A DNA stretch of 64,000 nucleotides from Dictyostelium discoideum (taxonomy: Eukaryota), in assembly GCA_000004695.1 (NCBI GenBank), contig CM000151.3:4896001-4960000 (forward strand), written 5' to 3'. Numbering within the stretch: position 1 is the stretch's first letter; every line of letters begins with the position of its first letter. Under the pieces are notes generated by a model. That model did not search any database, had not been told where the DNA came from, and was given only the letters and a program-made list of their open reading frames with translations. Of the stretch, positions 1-13,655 are shown piece by piece. A program made the position numbers and the translations under genes.

Positions 1-606
1 GGAAGGTTTAAATTACATACCATTCTAAAAATTCGAAAGGATCCATGATCTTTCTGTTCTTCTATCTTTTTATTTCCTCTATCTCTCTCTTTCTATCTAT
101 TTTCTTTATTTATTTTTGGTTTATCTTTGACTATGAAAAAAAAAAAAAAAAAATTAAAGTGGTATATAATATTTTAATGAGAATATATATAATTCAATAA
201 TAAATAAAAAATAAAAAATAAAAATTAAAAATTAAAAAAATAAAAAAATAAAAAAATAATAAAAAAAAAAAAAAAAAAAATTTAAAAAAATAAATTGTGT
301 GAGTGTGTGTGTGTGTTTGGATTGCTTTTATTTCCTCTCCTTAACTTCAATATTTATTTATTTATTTATTTATTTTTACTATTATTATTATTATTATTAT
401 TATTACTACTATTATTACTTTTTTTTTTTAAAAAAAAAAAAAAAAGATAGATGAGAAAAAAAAAAAATAAAAAAAAATAAAAAAAATAAAAAAAATAAAA
501 ATAAAAAATAAAAAATAAAAAATAAAAATAAATTTTTTGGATGACATTAAAGACTTAAAAAATTAAAAAATTCTTTGAATTGTGATCGTTAAAAAAAGAA
601 TTAAAC

Positions 607-658
<52 letters not shown>

Positions 659-2013
659 TATTCTTTTTTTTTTAAAAAAAAAAAAAAAAATGATTTAATA
701 AACTAAGAATTGTTTTTGGTGACTGGATTTCAAATATGGTTATTTATTGTTGTTCCGTTATATATTAAAATTTACTTTGGAGTTACATTGGAAATTAATT
801 AATCAAATACTATTGTTTGATTTAAAAAAAAAAAAAAAAAAAAAAATACTGATTAAATTAATTTGTGAATTAATTAAATTTTCCTATATTTAATGATTTA
901 TTTTGTATTAATAATAAATTTTTAAATATAGGAAATTCTAAACTTAACAATTTACCAAAAACAATGACCAGTAGTAAAAATTTTATTTTTTAAAAAATTA
1001 AATCTAAAGCTTCAACACCAAGGTTATACACTGAGGAAATTATGTTTTCAAAGTCAATTTTTGATAAATTAAAAAAAAATCAAATTAACAAGTTGCGATC
1101 CATTGTCAATCAATAATGTTAAAGAATTATTTAAAAAGCCATATTTAGAATCAATTGATATTCCACTCTTCACTATATTCTATTTTGCTTGTGGTTGGTT
1201 GAGTTTTAATAGCTTAAATGATATTGGACCAGTAGAATTAATAATTAAAAATACAATAACCTCTCTTTACTTCACCAAAGAAACCTTTACCTGTCTAAAA
1301 AAAAAAATAATTATATAAAAAACTTTGTTAATAATTTCATATGAATTTCAAAGAAATATTTAAAAAAAAAAAATAAAAATAAAAAAAAAAAATAAAAAGA
1401 AATTTTTTAAAAAAGAAACTAATAAATAAAAAACAAATGATTTTAAATCGTATTAATCTTTATATGTTTAATAAAATTAAAATCAATGTGTTTTTATCTT
1501 TTTTTTTTTTTTCATTTTTTTTTTTTTTTTTTTTCATTTTTTTTTTTTTTTTTTTTTTTTATTTTTTCATTTTTTTTTTTTTCATTTTTTTTTTTTTTTT
1601 TTTTTTATTTTTTTAATTTTTTTTTTTTTTAAAAATACAATATATATGTTTTGAGAGAAGAAAAAAAAACAAAAAAAAAAAAACAAACAAATTAAATCAA
1701 CGCAATAGATAGAAAAATAGAATAAAATAAAAATATATAATCATAGTGTGTAATGATTTTATATTACATTTATCAATTTTTCAAGTAAAAAAAAAAAAAG
1801 CAAACAAGAAAAAAAAAAAAAAAACTTAAAAAATAAAAAATAAAAAAAAGTAATAACAATAACAAATAGTTTAGTTATATCTATATATATATATATAACG
1901 TTGTTTGTAAATAAGTAGAAGTAGAAGTAGAAGAAGAGTGTTTATTTAAATAAAAACATCATCATCAACATCATCATCAACAACATCCAATAAATAAATA
2001 AATAAACAAAACA

Positions 2014-2116
2014 ATGTCAGACGAAGACAATTCATGTCCACTCTGCTTGGATGAATTATCTAAAGCAGATAGAAAATTTAGGCCATGTCCATGTGGTTAT
2101 CAAGTAAGTTAGAAAA

Positions 2117-2152
<36 letters not shown>

Positions 2153-2788
2153 TATAAAATTAATAACACCAACTTTTTTTTTTTTTTTTTAAAAAAAAAT
2201 TTTTTATTTTATTTTTTTTATTTAATTATTTTTACAATAGATATGTGTTTTTTGTTTTGAACGTATTAGAGAAAGTGAACAAAATAGATGTCCCGCGTGT
2301 AGAAAAACATATGATTCTGTTAATTTTTCAGTTATATCATCAGATGAAGAAGAAGAAGAGGATGAAGACGATGAGGAAGATGACAGTGAAGACGATGGGT
2401 ATGTATTTAATTATTTTTTTTTTTTTATTTATTTTTGGTTTTTTTTTTTTTTTTTTTTACACGATCAAAATTTAAATACGGAAAAAAAAAAAAAATTGTT
2501 CGAGGAAATTTTTTTTTTTTTTTTTTGAACATCGAAAAATTAAAAATTCACACACGCCATGTTTCCTTTAACAAATTTTTTTTTTTTTTTTTTTTTTTCT
2601 TTCAAAATTAAACTAAAAACAGACAAGATAGAAGAAGAAATAGAAAATATAATGGTGTAAATTCATTAAATAATAGTTTGGATTATACTAAAAGAGGTGA
2701 TAAACCTTTAAATACAGTTAGAGTAATTCAAAGAAATTTAGTTTATGTTACAAATTTAGCAATATCCATCGCTAAACCAGAGGTATGT

Positions 2789-2824
<36 letters not shown>

Positions 2825-3222
2825 TAAAATATTAATTTTGCTCTGTTTTTTTTTTTTTTTTTTTTCTGCTTATTTTGTTTTAGATTTTAAAAAAGAATGA
2901 ATACTTTGCACAATATGGAAAGATTTTAAAGATTGTGATTAACAGAAATAATATTTATAATTTGAATTCACCTCATGGAGCATGTGTAAGTGCTTATATT
3001 ACATATGCAAGAAAAGAGGATGCATTGGTTGCAATCCAAACTATTGATGGTGCAACCATTGAAGGTAGAGTTTTACGTGCCTCTTTTGGTACAACTAAAT
3101 ATTGCTCTTACTTTCTTAGAAAACTTCCATGTAATAACCCAGATTGTATGTATCTTCATGAATTGGGTCAAGAAGATGATAGTTATACAAAAGAAGATAT
3201 TACTTCAACGTAGGTTATTTAG

Positions 3223-3254
<32 letters not shown>

Positions 3255-5536
3255 AAATATTAAATATTAAATATTAATACATTTTAATTTTTTTTTATTT
3301 CCTTAAAGTGCTGTTTATAAACCAAAACCAACCCAACAACCAACTCCATGGAAAGAATCAAGTGAAAAAGTTTTAGCATCACCATCATTATCTTCATCAA
3401 CATCTTCAACAAATAATATGTCAAATTCATCATCATTTGTAAGTAAAAAAAAAAAAAAAAAAAAAAAAACAACTGGGGTAAATTAAAAAATAAATTACTA
3501 ATATTATTGTTTTTTTTTCTTTTTTTTTTAATTATTAAAGAAAACATGGAATATTTCAAATGTTAGTCCACAACCAGTTACAGTATTGAATCCATTAGAA
3601 TGGCCATCAGCTACCGATGCTTCAAGTATGGCACCAGCAATATTACCATCAGGATCATCACCACCATTATCAAAATCACAAGAAAGACCATTTTTACCAG
3701 CTACAGCATCATGGGGTCAAAATATAATAAATCAAAAACCAAAGAGTTATCATGAAGATTTTCCAGATGTTGGATTTGAAATTAAAACTAAAAAGAGTAA
3801 TTCTCTTAAAAAATCAGGAACTAATAATACTACTTTGACATCAAGTAATGATAGTAGTTCACTATTATCTTCATCATCTTCAAACAATAATAATACTACC
3901 ACCAACACCACCACAATTACTACTAAAATTCAAGAAACAGCATCAATTCTAAGACAAAAACAATTGGAAGAAGAGCAATTTAAGAAAGATAAAGAACGTT
4001 TAGAAAAAGAGAAACAGGAAAGCTATCGTTTAGAAAAAGAAAGATTAGAGAATGAACGTTTAGAGAAAGAGAAACATCAATTACAAATGGAGAAAGAGCG
4101 TTTAGAGAGAGAAAAAGAACGTTTAGAAAAGGAGAAGATGGAGAAAGAGAAACGTTTGGAGAGAGAAAGACAAGAAAGAGATCGTTTGGAGAAAGAAAGA
4201 CAAGAAAGAGATCGTTTAGAGAAAGAAAGAATAGAAAGAGAGAAACAAGAGAAAATTAAACAAGAAAAACAAGCCAAACAACAAGCGAAAAAACAACAAC
4301 AAAAACAAAAATCTTCAAGTAAACAAACAACTCCAACAAATACAACTCCAAATATAACTTCAACAACTCCACCAACTAATAATAATAATACTATAGCTAC
4401 TACTACTAACACCACCAACACTACCACCAATACTACTGCTACTACACCATTAACAACATCATCATCATCAAATAATGCTACTACCCTCTCAACACCATTA
4501 ACTACATCAACAACTTTAGATTTACTCAATGAAAGATTCAATACTATAAATATAAATGAAATTGAACCAATAGCAAATTGGGAAGGTTTAATTCCAGATG
4601 ATCAACAAACAGATTTTAATGATTGGTATAACCCAACCAATTTTTCATCCTCAACTGCAGCTGCTTCATCAACTACAACTGCTTCAAATACTAATCCAAC
4701 TGCAACTACTACTACAACCACCACCACCACATCATCTTCATCTCCACCACAACCACAACTACAACCATCTTCACCATTATCTGAAGATAAAAATAAATCA
4801 CCACCAACTCAACCACTCGAAGAACTTGTTATCGCAGAGACTATATCAACTATTAATACAGTAACAGCACCAACACCAACACCAACACCAACTCAAACTA
4901 CAAATTCTGCATCATCACCACCACCATCTTCATCATCAACATCATCACCAACCAGTACAGCTAATTTATCAACAAACCCACCAGAGAAAAGAAGTAGAAG
5001 TAGATTTGAATTTGCTAAAGATTCATCAAGAAACAGTGTTGATACTACAGGCTCATTATCATCTTCAACCAATAATACAGCATCACTTATTACACCAGAT
5101 ATGTTTTTCAGTATTCAATCTGAACAATACCAATTACCAACCCTCTCATCGCTTCACCATCCAAATGGTGTTGAACCAACTTTAAATTCTCAATCAATAA
5201 TAGAAAATTCTTTAAATCTAAATTTGGTTGGAAATCGTAGTTTAAATAATAGTCAAAATAATATTAATAATCAAACCAATAGTTTAAATAATAGTGGCAG
5301 TAATAATTTAATATTTAATAACGATTATAATAACAATAATAATAATAATAATAACAATAATAGCTTTAGTAATAATATAGAGAATGAAGATTCATCTCAA
5401 CAATTTTTCAGATCACTTTTCCCTTCAGTTAATATTAGATTTTCATTCCCAAATCAACAAGTTTCTCAACCTTCTTTAAATGGCAACAACAGTAATAATA
5501 ATATAAATATTAATAATAATAATACCAATAATAATA

Positions 5537-5620
<84 letters not shown>

Positions 5621-6324
5621 GTAGTATAAATATGAATGATTTCCCACCACTTGAAAGTAGTGGATCAAGTATTAAAACATTCCAAGATCCAGCAATTGTT
5701 AATTCATATAAATCAAATGGTGACGGAAATTCAGTATGGAAAGTTATACCAAATAATAATCCTTTAAATAATAGTAATAGTAATATATATGGTAATAATA
5801 ATAATAATAATAATAGTAATGGTAATTTGAATTTAAGAAAATCTGTTACATCATCAGTATCACCTCCACCAGGATTTGGTGGTTTCGATTCACAAAAACC
5901 TATGGTGAATCCACCACCAGGTTTTGCTCCGACACCACCACCACCAGGTTTTCAAAACATTATACCACCACCAGGTTTTCAAAGTAATAACAACACCACC
6001 ACAACCAACAACAACAACAGCACAAACAATAATAACAACAACAACAATGGTAATAGTCTCAATAATAGTTCTAGTACTATTAATGGCAATCAATTATTAT
6101 CAATGGTTAATAATGGTTTAATGAGTGGTCCAACTCCTTTTGTTGACCCATCAAATCTTTTTGATTCTCAATATGATAATGATATGTTGGCAATGGAAAA
6201 TATTAAAAATAAAGATAAAAAGAAAAATAAAGAAGAACAAGAACAAGAACAACTTCAACTTCAACATCAACTTCATCAACAACAAATGCTACAACAACTT
6301 CATCAACAACAACAACAACAACTT

Positions 6325-6404
<80 letters not shown>

Positions 6405-6563
6405 TTATCAAATTCAAATGCAACTTTTACAACAACAACAACAACTTCAACAACTTCAAATGCGTCTACAACAACAACAACAGCAACAACAACAACATTT
6501 TCAATCACAACCACAACAGCAACAACAACAACAACAACAAATCCTTCATTTACAACAACTTTT

Positions 6564-6614
<51 letters not shown>

Positions 6615-7137
6615 GCAACAACAGCAACAGCAACAACCATCAAAAGATAACCTTTTTTTACCACAATTCAATGGAATGTCAAATTCACCACAACAACAAC
6701 AAAACAATATTTTTAATATGAATTCATTTTATCAGCAACAACAACAACAACAAGCACAAAAACAAAACAATTCACCATTCCCATATGGATTTCAACAACC
6801 ACCAATCATTCCTAATGGAAATTTAAGACCACCAGGAATGACTCAATTGGGTTATCAACAAATACCACCAGGTATGCATAATAATAATAATAATAATCCA
6901 AATAATAATAGTAATAGCAGCAATAATAATAATAACTCTAATTTCATTGATTTTTTAAGACAAAGTGGAATCACAATGAATGATGATGTTAATAGCAGCG
7001 GTATGATGACACCTTCCTCCCTTTTAAATGATTCCTCATTAGAACATCGTGTAGCATCCACAAATAAAGAACTTAAGGATTTAGAAGACAAATTACAAAA
7101 ATCATCACCTTTAAATACTCAATCATATTATAGATAA
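2014..7137 (+). CDS. CCR4-NOT complex subunit 4 (CNOT4/Not4)-like RING E3 + RRM protein; 6 exons: join(2014..2103,2241..2398,2623..2782,2884..3209,3309..3438,3541..7137)
   Basis: Exon 1 is MSDEDNSCPLCLDELSKADRKFRPCPCGYQ, followed by a gtaagt donor. Exon 2 is ICVFCFERIRESEQNRCPACRKTY, which completes a C4C4 RING like human CNOT4 (CPLCMEP..FFPCTCGYQICRFCWHRI..CPACRKPY). Exons 3 and 4 give VRVIQRNLVYVTNLAISIAKPE|ILKKNEYFAQYGKILKIVINR..AYITYARKEDALVAIQTIDG..RASFGTTKYCSYFLRKLPCNNPDCMYLHELG, matching the CNOT4 RRM plus C3H zinc finger almost residue for residue. All introns are GT..AG and AT-rich, and phases are consistent. The last 3.6 kb exon is S/T/N/Q-rich low complexity with coiled-coil ERLEKE repeats, polyN and polyQ. 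Stop is TAA at 7135-7137. Confidence 0.85.
5521..5627. repeat. (AAT)n coding microsatellite (polyN) in the CNOT4-like gene; a second (CAA)n polyQ tract lies at about 6553..6640
   Basis: Uninterrupted trinucleotide runs inside the long terminal exon. Confidence 0.85.
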
Positions 7138-7539
7138 AAAAAATCAAAACAAAATTAGTAGCAATAATTAAAAAAACACAAAAAAAAAAAAACAAAACAT
7201 CACAGTAGCAGCAAATCCAAAAAAAAAAAAAAGTCAAAAAAAGAAAATAATCCAAAAGTACAAAGAAAAAGAAAAAAAAGATAGACGAATTACACACATA
7301 AATCAATCCTTTTTTTTTTTATAAAAAAAAAAAATAAAAATAAAAATTTAAAAAAAAAATAATAAAATAAAATATATAATTATTATATAATAAAATTATA
7401 CCTATATTTTTTTTTTTTTTTTTTTTTCTTAAACTTTTTTTATTTTTTTAATCATTATTTTTTTTTTTGATTTTTTTTTTTTTTTTAAACAATTTTTTAT
7501 TTTTAGGCATTGGTAGACTTACTTTTATCACAAGGGATC

Positions 7540-7577
<38 letters not shown>

Positions 7578-7883
7578 CAAAACCAAACCAGATATTTTTC
7601 GATCATTTTTAGATGTTTTTTTTTTTTAATTTTAAAATATAAAAAAAAAAAAAAAAAAAATTCGAAAAAAAAAAAAAAAAATTTTAACTGATAAAAAAAA
7701 AAAAAAAAATACACTTGGTTGTAAACACATCAATTTTTAATTCCACACCCAAGCGCAACACATTTATTTCAACACAACCAAAACTATTTTATTATTTTAA
7801 CACAACTATTTATTATTTTTTTCATTTTTTTTTTAAATTCCATTTTATTTTTTTTATTTTTATTTTTTTTTACCATATTGAAA

Positions 7884-7914
<31 letters not shown>

Positions 7915-8281
7915 CACACAAAAATTTTTTAAAAAAAAAAAAAAAAAAAAAATTAACAATAAATTTTGTAAAATTAATTAAAATTGTGTTCACACACCTC
8001 ATCTTATTTTTTATTTGTTTTTATCTTTTTTTTTTTTTTTTTCATACATATATATACACATATATAAACATATACATATACATATAAAAATATATTAATA
8101 CAACATATTTATTATTATTATTATTATTTTTTTTTCACACACCTGTCAAATATATATATTATACATACACACATACATATATAACTATTTATAATTTATT
8201 ATAATAGTTTATTTTATTTATTAAAAAATAAACCGAATTAATAAAAAGAAGAAATCATTCAACCAATTACTTATAAATAAA

Positions 8282-8903
8282 ATGATGTTTTCAAAGAGGA
8301 AATCGATTAGATTTAATCCAGAAGGTGATTATACAGAATTGCCACGTGGTGGATATGTAGTACCTAGTAAATTGGGAGGTATTCAATTTGGAGTACCACC
8401 AGAAACAATTAAAGATTCAATGGCATTGAAAATCGATGTACCAACAATTTACGTTTTCCCTGAAGAATTATGGGATCGTAAAACTGGTATAAACGCAGCA
8501 GAGGCTGAATTTCCAGCATACTTTAATTACTTTATTTTAAAGAGAAAAGTTTCATTCGTATGCACAAAAGAACAAGAACAAAGAATTAGAATCGTATTTC
8601 AAGAAACTTTATTAGGACCACCTGAATTTAATACAGGTATAATTATCAATAGTAGTAGTAGTACAACAGATACTTCAAAAACATCACCAATTAAAAAACA
8701 AACTTCATCATCATCACCACCATTATCACCACAACAACAACAACCACCACCACCATTAGTCAAACAACCATCACAACAACAACTTGAAGAATTAGCAACA
8801 ATGGATACATGTCATTATCATCACCATCATCATCATCAAGAAGTTAATGATAATGATAATAATAATAATACAACTACAAATAATAATAATATTGAAATAT
8901 TAG

Positions 8904-8944
<41 letters not shown>

Positions 8945-11099
8945 GATGAAGATAGTACAGATGTTGATGAAGAATTTCAAAAAGAATTTTCATCAACATT
9001 TCCACGTAGTGAAATTCCAAATTTAGAGAAAGAATGTAAATATTTGAGAACATTTAATTCTGTTGATGAATTATTTGATTTTATATTGTTCGATGATAAT
9101 GGTATTGCAAAGTTATCAGATGATGTTGAAATTCATTTTCAAGAGGATCAATCATTATTTAAAGTTTTACAATTTGAAGAAACAGGTAAAGGTAATAAAG
9201 TTCAAACATTGGTTGCAACAATACCTTCAAAAATTTTATTCCCTGATATGATTAATTCAATCTCTACGATTAATGATAATAAAATTTTTGATCCACCAAC
9301 TTTTGGTATCACTATAATTGGTTCTTCACATGGTTTTGATCCAAAAAAGTCAACAACTGGTTTTGTTTTATGGATTAATAAAAGAGGTAGTAAGTATAAT
9401 TATTATTATTATTATTTATTATTATTATTATTTAAAAAATATATATATTTAAATTAATTAATTATAATTTAAAAAAATAATATAGTTATGGTTGATCCAC
9501 CATTAAATTCAAGTAGTTTTTTACAAAGTCAAGGTGTACCAACAAGAATGGTAGATCATATAATTTTAACACATTGTCATGCAGATCATGATTCAGGTAC
9601 ATTTCAAAAGTTATTAGAAGAATATCAAATTACAGTTGTAACAACTCCAACCATTTTAGGTTCATTTTTAAGAAAATATGGTGCATTATCAAATTTAAGC
9701 ACTGACCTTTTACGTAGATTATTTATATTTAGACCTGTTATGATTGGTGAACCAATGATTATATCTGGTGCAGAGTTTCGTTTCTTTTATACAATTCATA
9801 CAATTCCAACGATTTCATTTGAAGTTTTTTATGGTGGTAAAAGCATGTAAGTGGTTATTTATTTAATAAAAAATAAAAAATAAAAAATCAAGTGACAATG
9901 TCAAAAAAGGGGGGGTGTGTCATATGAATAATGAATTTTTAATAATTTATATTTATATTTTATATTTAGATTTTATTCAGGTGATACATGTTATGATCCA
10001 AATAGAATTAAAGATATGAATAAAAGAGGTATAATGAAAACATCAAGAATGAAATTTTTTTTAAGACCTTGGAATCATACGGTGGTATTACATGAAGCGG
10101 GTGTACCACCAATTCATACACCAGTGTCAGTGTTGAGGGCGTTACCTGATGAAGTTAAGAATCGATTATATTTAGTACATATTTCAGAACATACATTGCC
10201 AGCAGGTAGTGGATTAAAGATAGCGAAAGAGGGCGTGGCACATACATTGTCATTGGACGTCATGAAATCATCACATTCTGAAGCTGTAGATATATTGAAA
10301 TTGGTGGAGAGTGTCGATATATTTAGATCGATACCATTGACACAGGCATGCGAGATATTACAAACTGCAACCAAACGAAAGTATTCCCAAGGCTCAGTTA
10401 TCATTGCAAGAGATACCGAGCCCGACGCATTCTATGTGGTGGCATCGGGTGTGGTTTGTGTAAACATTGGTGAGTTGAAAAAGAATCTAATCGTGGGCGA
10501 CTACTTTGGTGAGATGTCTTTGGTCATGGGTGGATTGCGTTCGGCAAATGTTCAAGCAGTGACCGACGTGGAGGTGTTGTCCTTCAATAAGGAGGATTTC
10601 TTATCTATCACTAGAAATAGCACAGAGTCAATTCAATTCATCACGAGATTGTGGGAGATGAGAAATGAGAAATCTTGGGAAACAATGTCTTTGAATTCGG
10701 TTTTCTCAAGATGTACAAACTCTCAAAAAACTGCAATACAATCCATACTGGTTAGAGAGTTAATTAAAAAGGATGAAACACTTTGGTGCAAGGGTGAAGA
10801 GGCTTTATTTGGTTGTTTGGTTGCTGAAGGATCTTTTGTTTTCAAAGAGGATGATTCTTTGGAATCTTTCTCTCAGGGTTCTTTCCTTGGTGATATAAAT
10901 GCTATGACTACTCAACCACCTTCAATTCATAAAACTACTGTCGTAGCAAAAGAAGAAAGTGTAATATATAAAGTTTTATCTCAAGATTTAATTAAATTCT
11001 TTTCAAATAATCCTGGTATTCAATTAGCATTTCTTGATACTATATTTGTTGATGCTTTAAGAGATCAAGTTCAACAACTTGTAAATTCAAAATTAACTT

Positions 11100-11104
<5 letters not shown>
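8282..11104 (+). CDS. pdeD: Class II (metallo-beta-lactamase fold) cyclic-nucleotide phosphodiesterase with two C-terminal cNMP-binding domains, PdeD/GbpA-like; join(8282..9386 or 9389,9486..9846,9970..11104), about 868 aa
   Basis: Exon 1 ends ..GSSHGFDPKKSTTGFVLWINKRG, with donor g|gtagta or gtaagt. Exon 2 carries the HxHxDH zinc motif (ILTHCHADHDSG) and exon 3 has FYSGDTCYDP. Two cNMP-binding domains follow (IARDTEPDAFYVVASG..GDYFGEMSL..RSANVQA, and a second ..LFGCLVAEGSFVFKED..SFLGDINAM). Phases were checked: exon 2 ends with at, and the acceptor ttag at 9968-9969 gives ata. The size matches the 867-aa GbpA from memory. The symbol is tentative, since PdeE/GbpB has the same architecture but is longer. 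Confidence 0.75.
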
Positions 11105-11131
<27 letters not shown>

Positions 11132-11218
11132 AAAAAAAAAAAAAAAAAAAAATAATAATAATTAAAAAATTCAAAATAAATAAATAAAAATATAAATAAG
11201 TAAAAAAAAAAAAAAAAA

Positions 11219-11258
<40 letters not shown>

Positions 11259-11331
11259 TTTTTAAAAAATTAAATTAATTTGTAATAAAAAATAAATATT
11301 TAATAATAATAAAATAAAAATTATTTGTATA

Positions 11332-11362
<31 letters not shown>

Positions 11363-12008
11363 TTTAAAATCCAATCATTTCCAATCTTTTCAATATTAAT
11401 ACCCCCATTTTTTTTTCCTTTTTTTTGTCAAAATTTTATTCTTCTTTTTTTGATATTTAAATTATATAATTTTTTTTATTTTTTTTTTTTTTATTATTAT
11501 TAAACATTTAAAAAAGTTAGATATATTAAAAAAAAAGTAATTTTTCATTTTTCGAATTAAAAACGCATTACATTTGATTGAATAAACCAAAATAATACAT
11601 TAATAATAATTTTAATTTATCCTATTTGGAGAAATCATTTTAACAAAATAAAATAAAAATAAAATTTAATTTAAAATTCATAATCATTTGCAGATTTAAT
11701 TTCTTTTTTAAAATAAAAATAAAAAAAAAAAATAAAAAAAAAAAAATAAAAATATATATATAAATACATATTATCTATTTATGTATTTGGTATGGAATAG
11801 TTTTAAACCTTTTTTTTATAATGATAGATTTTATTTATATTTGATTGGGAAAAAGTTTAAACTTTTTTGTATTTTTTTTTTTTTTTTTTATTTCTTTTTT
11901 ATTTAATTATTTTCGTATGATGAGGAAGGATTATATTTATTACCATATAAAAATAAATCTATAAATACATATTTATATAAAAAAAGATAAAAAATAAACA
12001 AATTAAAA

Positions 12009-12050
<42 letters not shown>

Positions 12051-12829
12051 TAATAATAATAATAATTTAATAATAATAATAAAAAATAAATAAATAAAAA
12101 TAGAAATAAATCATTGTTTATTTGTATAGTTTTAGATTTTTACAATAAAATATTTTATTGTTTTTTATAGTGATAGTGATTATGTGTGGGTATTTGTGTT
12201 GTTGATGTGTCATCATAAATTTTTAAAAAGATTAAGTTTGGTTATTTGTGGGTGTTTTAAAAAAAAAAAATTATTTTTTTTATTTTTTTTTTATTTCGAT
12301 AGCTTTTAAAATATTTAATGATAGTGAGAAAGATTAATATTTTCATTTTTAAAAAAAATATACTCGCTCGAGTAATATACCCCTCCACCCCCACCTTTAA
12401 ACCACACATAATATTTTAAATTTTTTTTTTTTTTTTTTTTTTTTTTTATTCCATTTCAAAACAACAACAACAACAACACACTTTTATTTTTCAAACACAC
12501 TTAAACACACACACACACACACACATTATAGAATTATTTAATTTTTTCTCATTCACTTTAATATTTAAATTATTAATATTAATATTATTTTTTTTAAAAA
12601 AAAAAAATAATTATTGTTGTTTTTTTTTTTTTTTTTTTTAAAAATAATTATTGTTTTTTTTTTTTTTTTTTGTTCTTGTTGTTAAATACAATAAAAAATA
12701 TACCGTTACAAATAAACACTATAAATATTTATAAATATAGAAACAATATTTCACACATTCCATTCATACATTCATTCTCTCTTATTTTTTTACTTAAACA
12801 GTTTACTTGGATTTATGTTTTTTTTGTAT

Positions 12830-12860
<31 letters not shown>

Positions 12861-13582
12861 CTGTTAATTTATAAGTTTGTACACAAAGGAACATTTATTT
12901 GTTTTATTTATTTATTTATTTATTTATTGTAATTTAAAAAAAACTTTAAAAACCAGTAACACAAAATTATTATAACCACAAAAAACGACCAAAAATAGGA
13001 TATTAAATTAACAATTTTTTTGGATTTTTTTTTTTTTTTTTATTTTTATTATTTTCAAAAAATTGATTAAATTTTAAAAGAACAAAACTTTTTGTAATAA
13101 TATTTTATTACTATTATTTATTAATCAAAATAAAGAAAACAGTATTTTTTTTTTTTTATAATTTTTCCATTTTTTTTTTTTTTTTTTTTTATTTTTATAA
13201 AATAATAATAAAACTAATAAAACAATAATAATAAAATCCTTTTTTTTATTTTTTTTTTATTTTTTCAATCTTAATAATAATCTTTCATATTCCATACCTA
13301 AACTATTTCAATTTCCAATTATATATATATATTTTTTTTTTTTAAACAAATTTATTTGAATAATAGATAGATATTAACACACATTCCAATAAAAAAAAAA
13401 AAAATAAAAAAAAAAAAATTTTAATTAAAAAAAAAAAAAAAATAATTTCAGTCTCTACCCTTAAAAGAAAAAAAAATTGTAATTCAAAAGTCATAAAGTT
13501 TAAAAATAAAGAAACAAAGAATTGAAAAAAAAAAAAAAAAAAAAAAAAAAATTATATTTATATTTATATTTTTATTTCTATT

Positions 13583-13625
<43 letters not shown>

Positions 13626-13655
13626 AAAATAAAAGATATTTATAAATATTAAAAT

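Noticed and set aside
1103-1318. 71-aa ORF in the 5' AT-rich region, and other small intergenic ORFs (12670..12867, 25264..25488, 28061..28315, 43791..43982, 48715..48936)
   Set aside because: Poly-F/K/I translations of poly-T/poly-A tracts. No codon-usage signal or splice context.
4077-4541. Antisense ORFs overlapping real genes (for example 4077..4541-, 6323..6664-, 13675..14040-, 14587..14892-, 18730..19176-, 49697..50180-, 54073..54345+, 59776..59967-)
   Set aside because: Low-complexity translations (polyV/polyI/polyY/polyH) generated by the reverse or shifted reading of AAT/CAA/GAA repeats within genuine CDSs on the other strand or frame.
9890-9925. G-run (aaaaagggggggtgtgtcat) inside the second intron of the PDE gene
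   Set aside because: A single short G tract within an intron. There is no evidence of function beyond compositional oddity.
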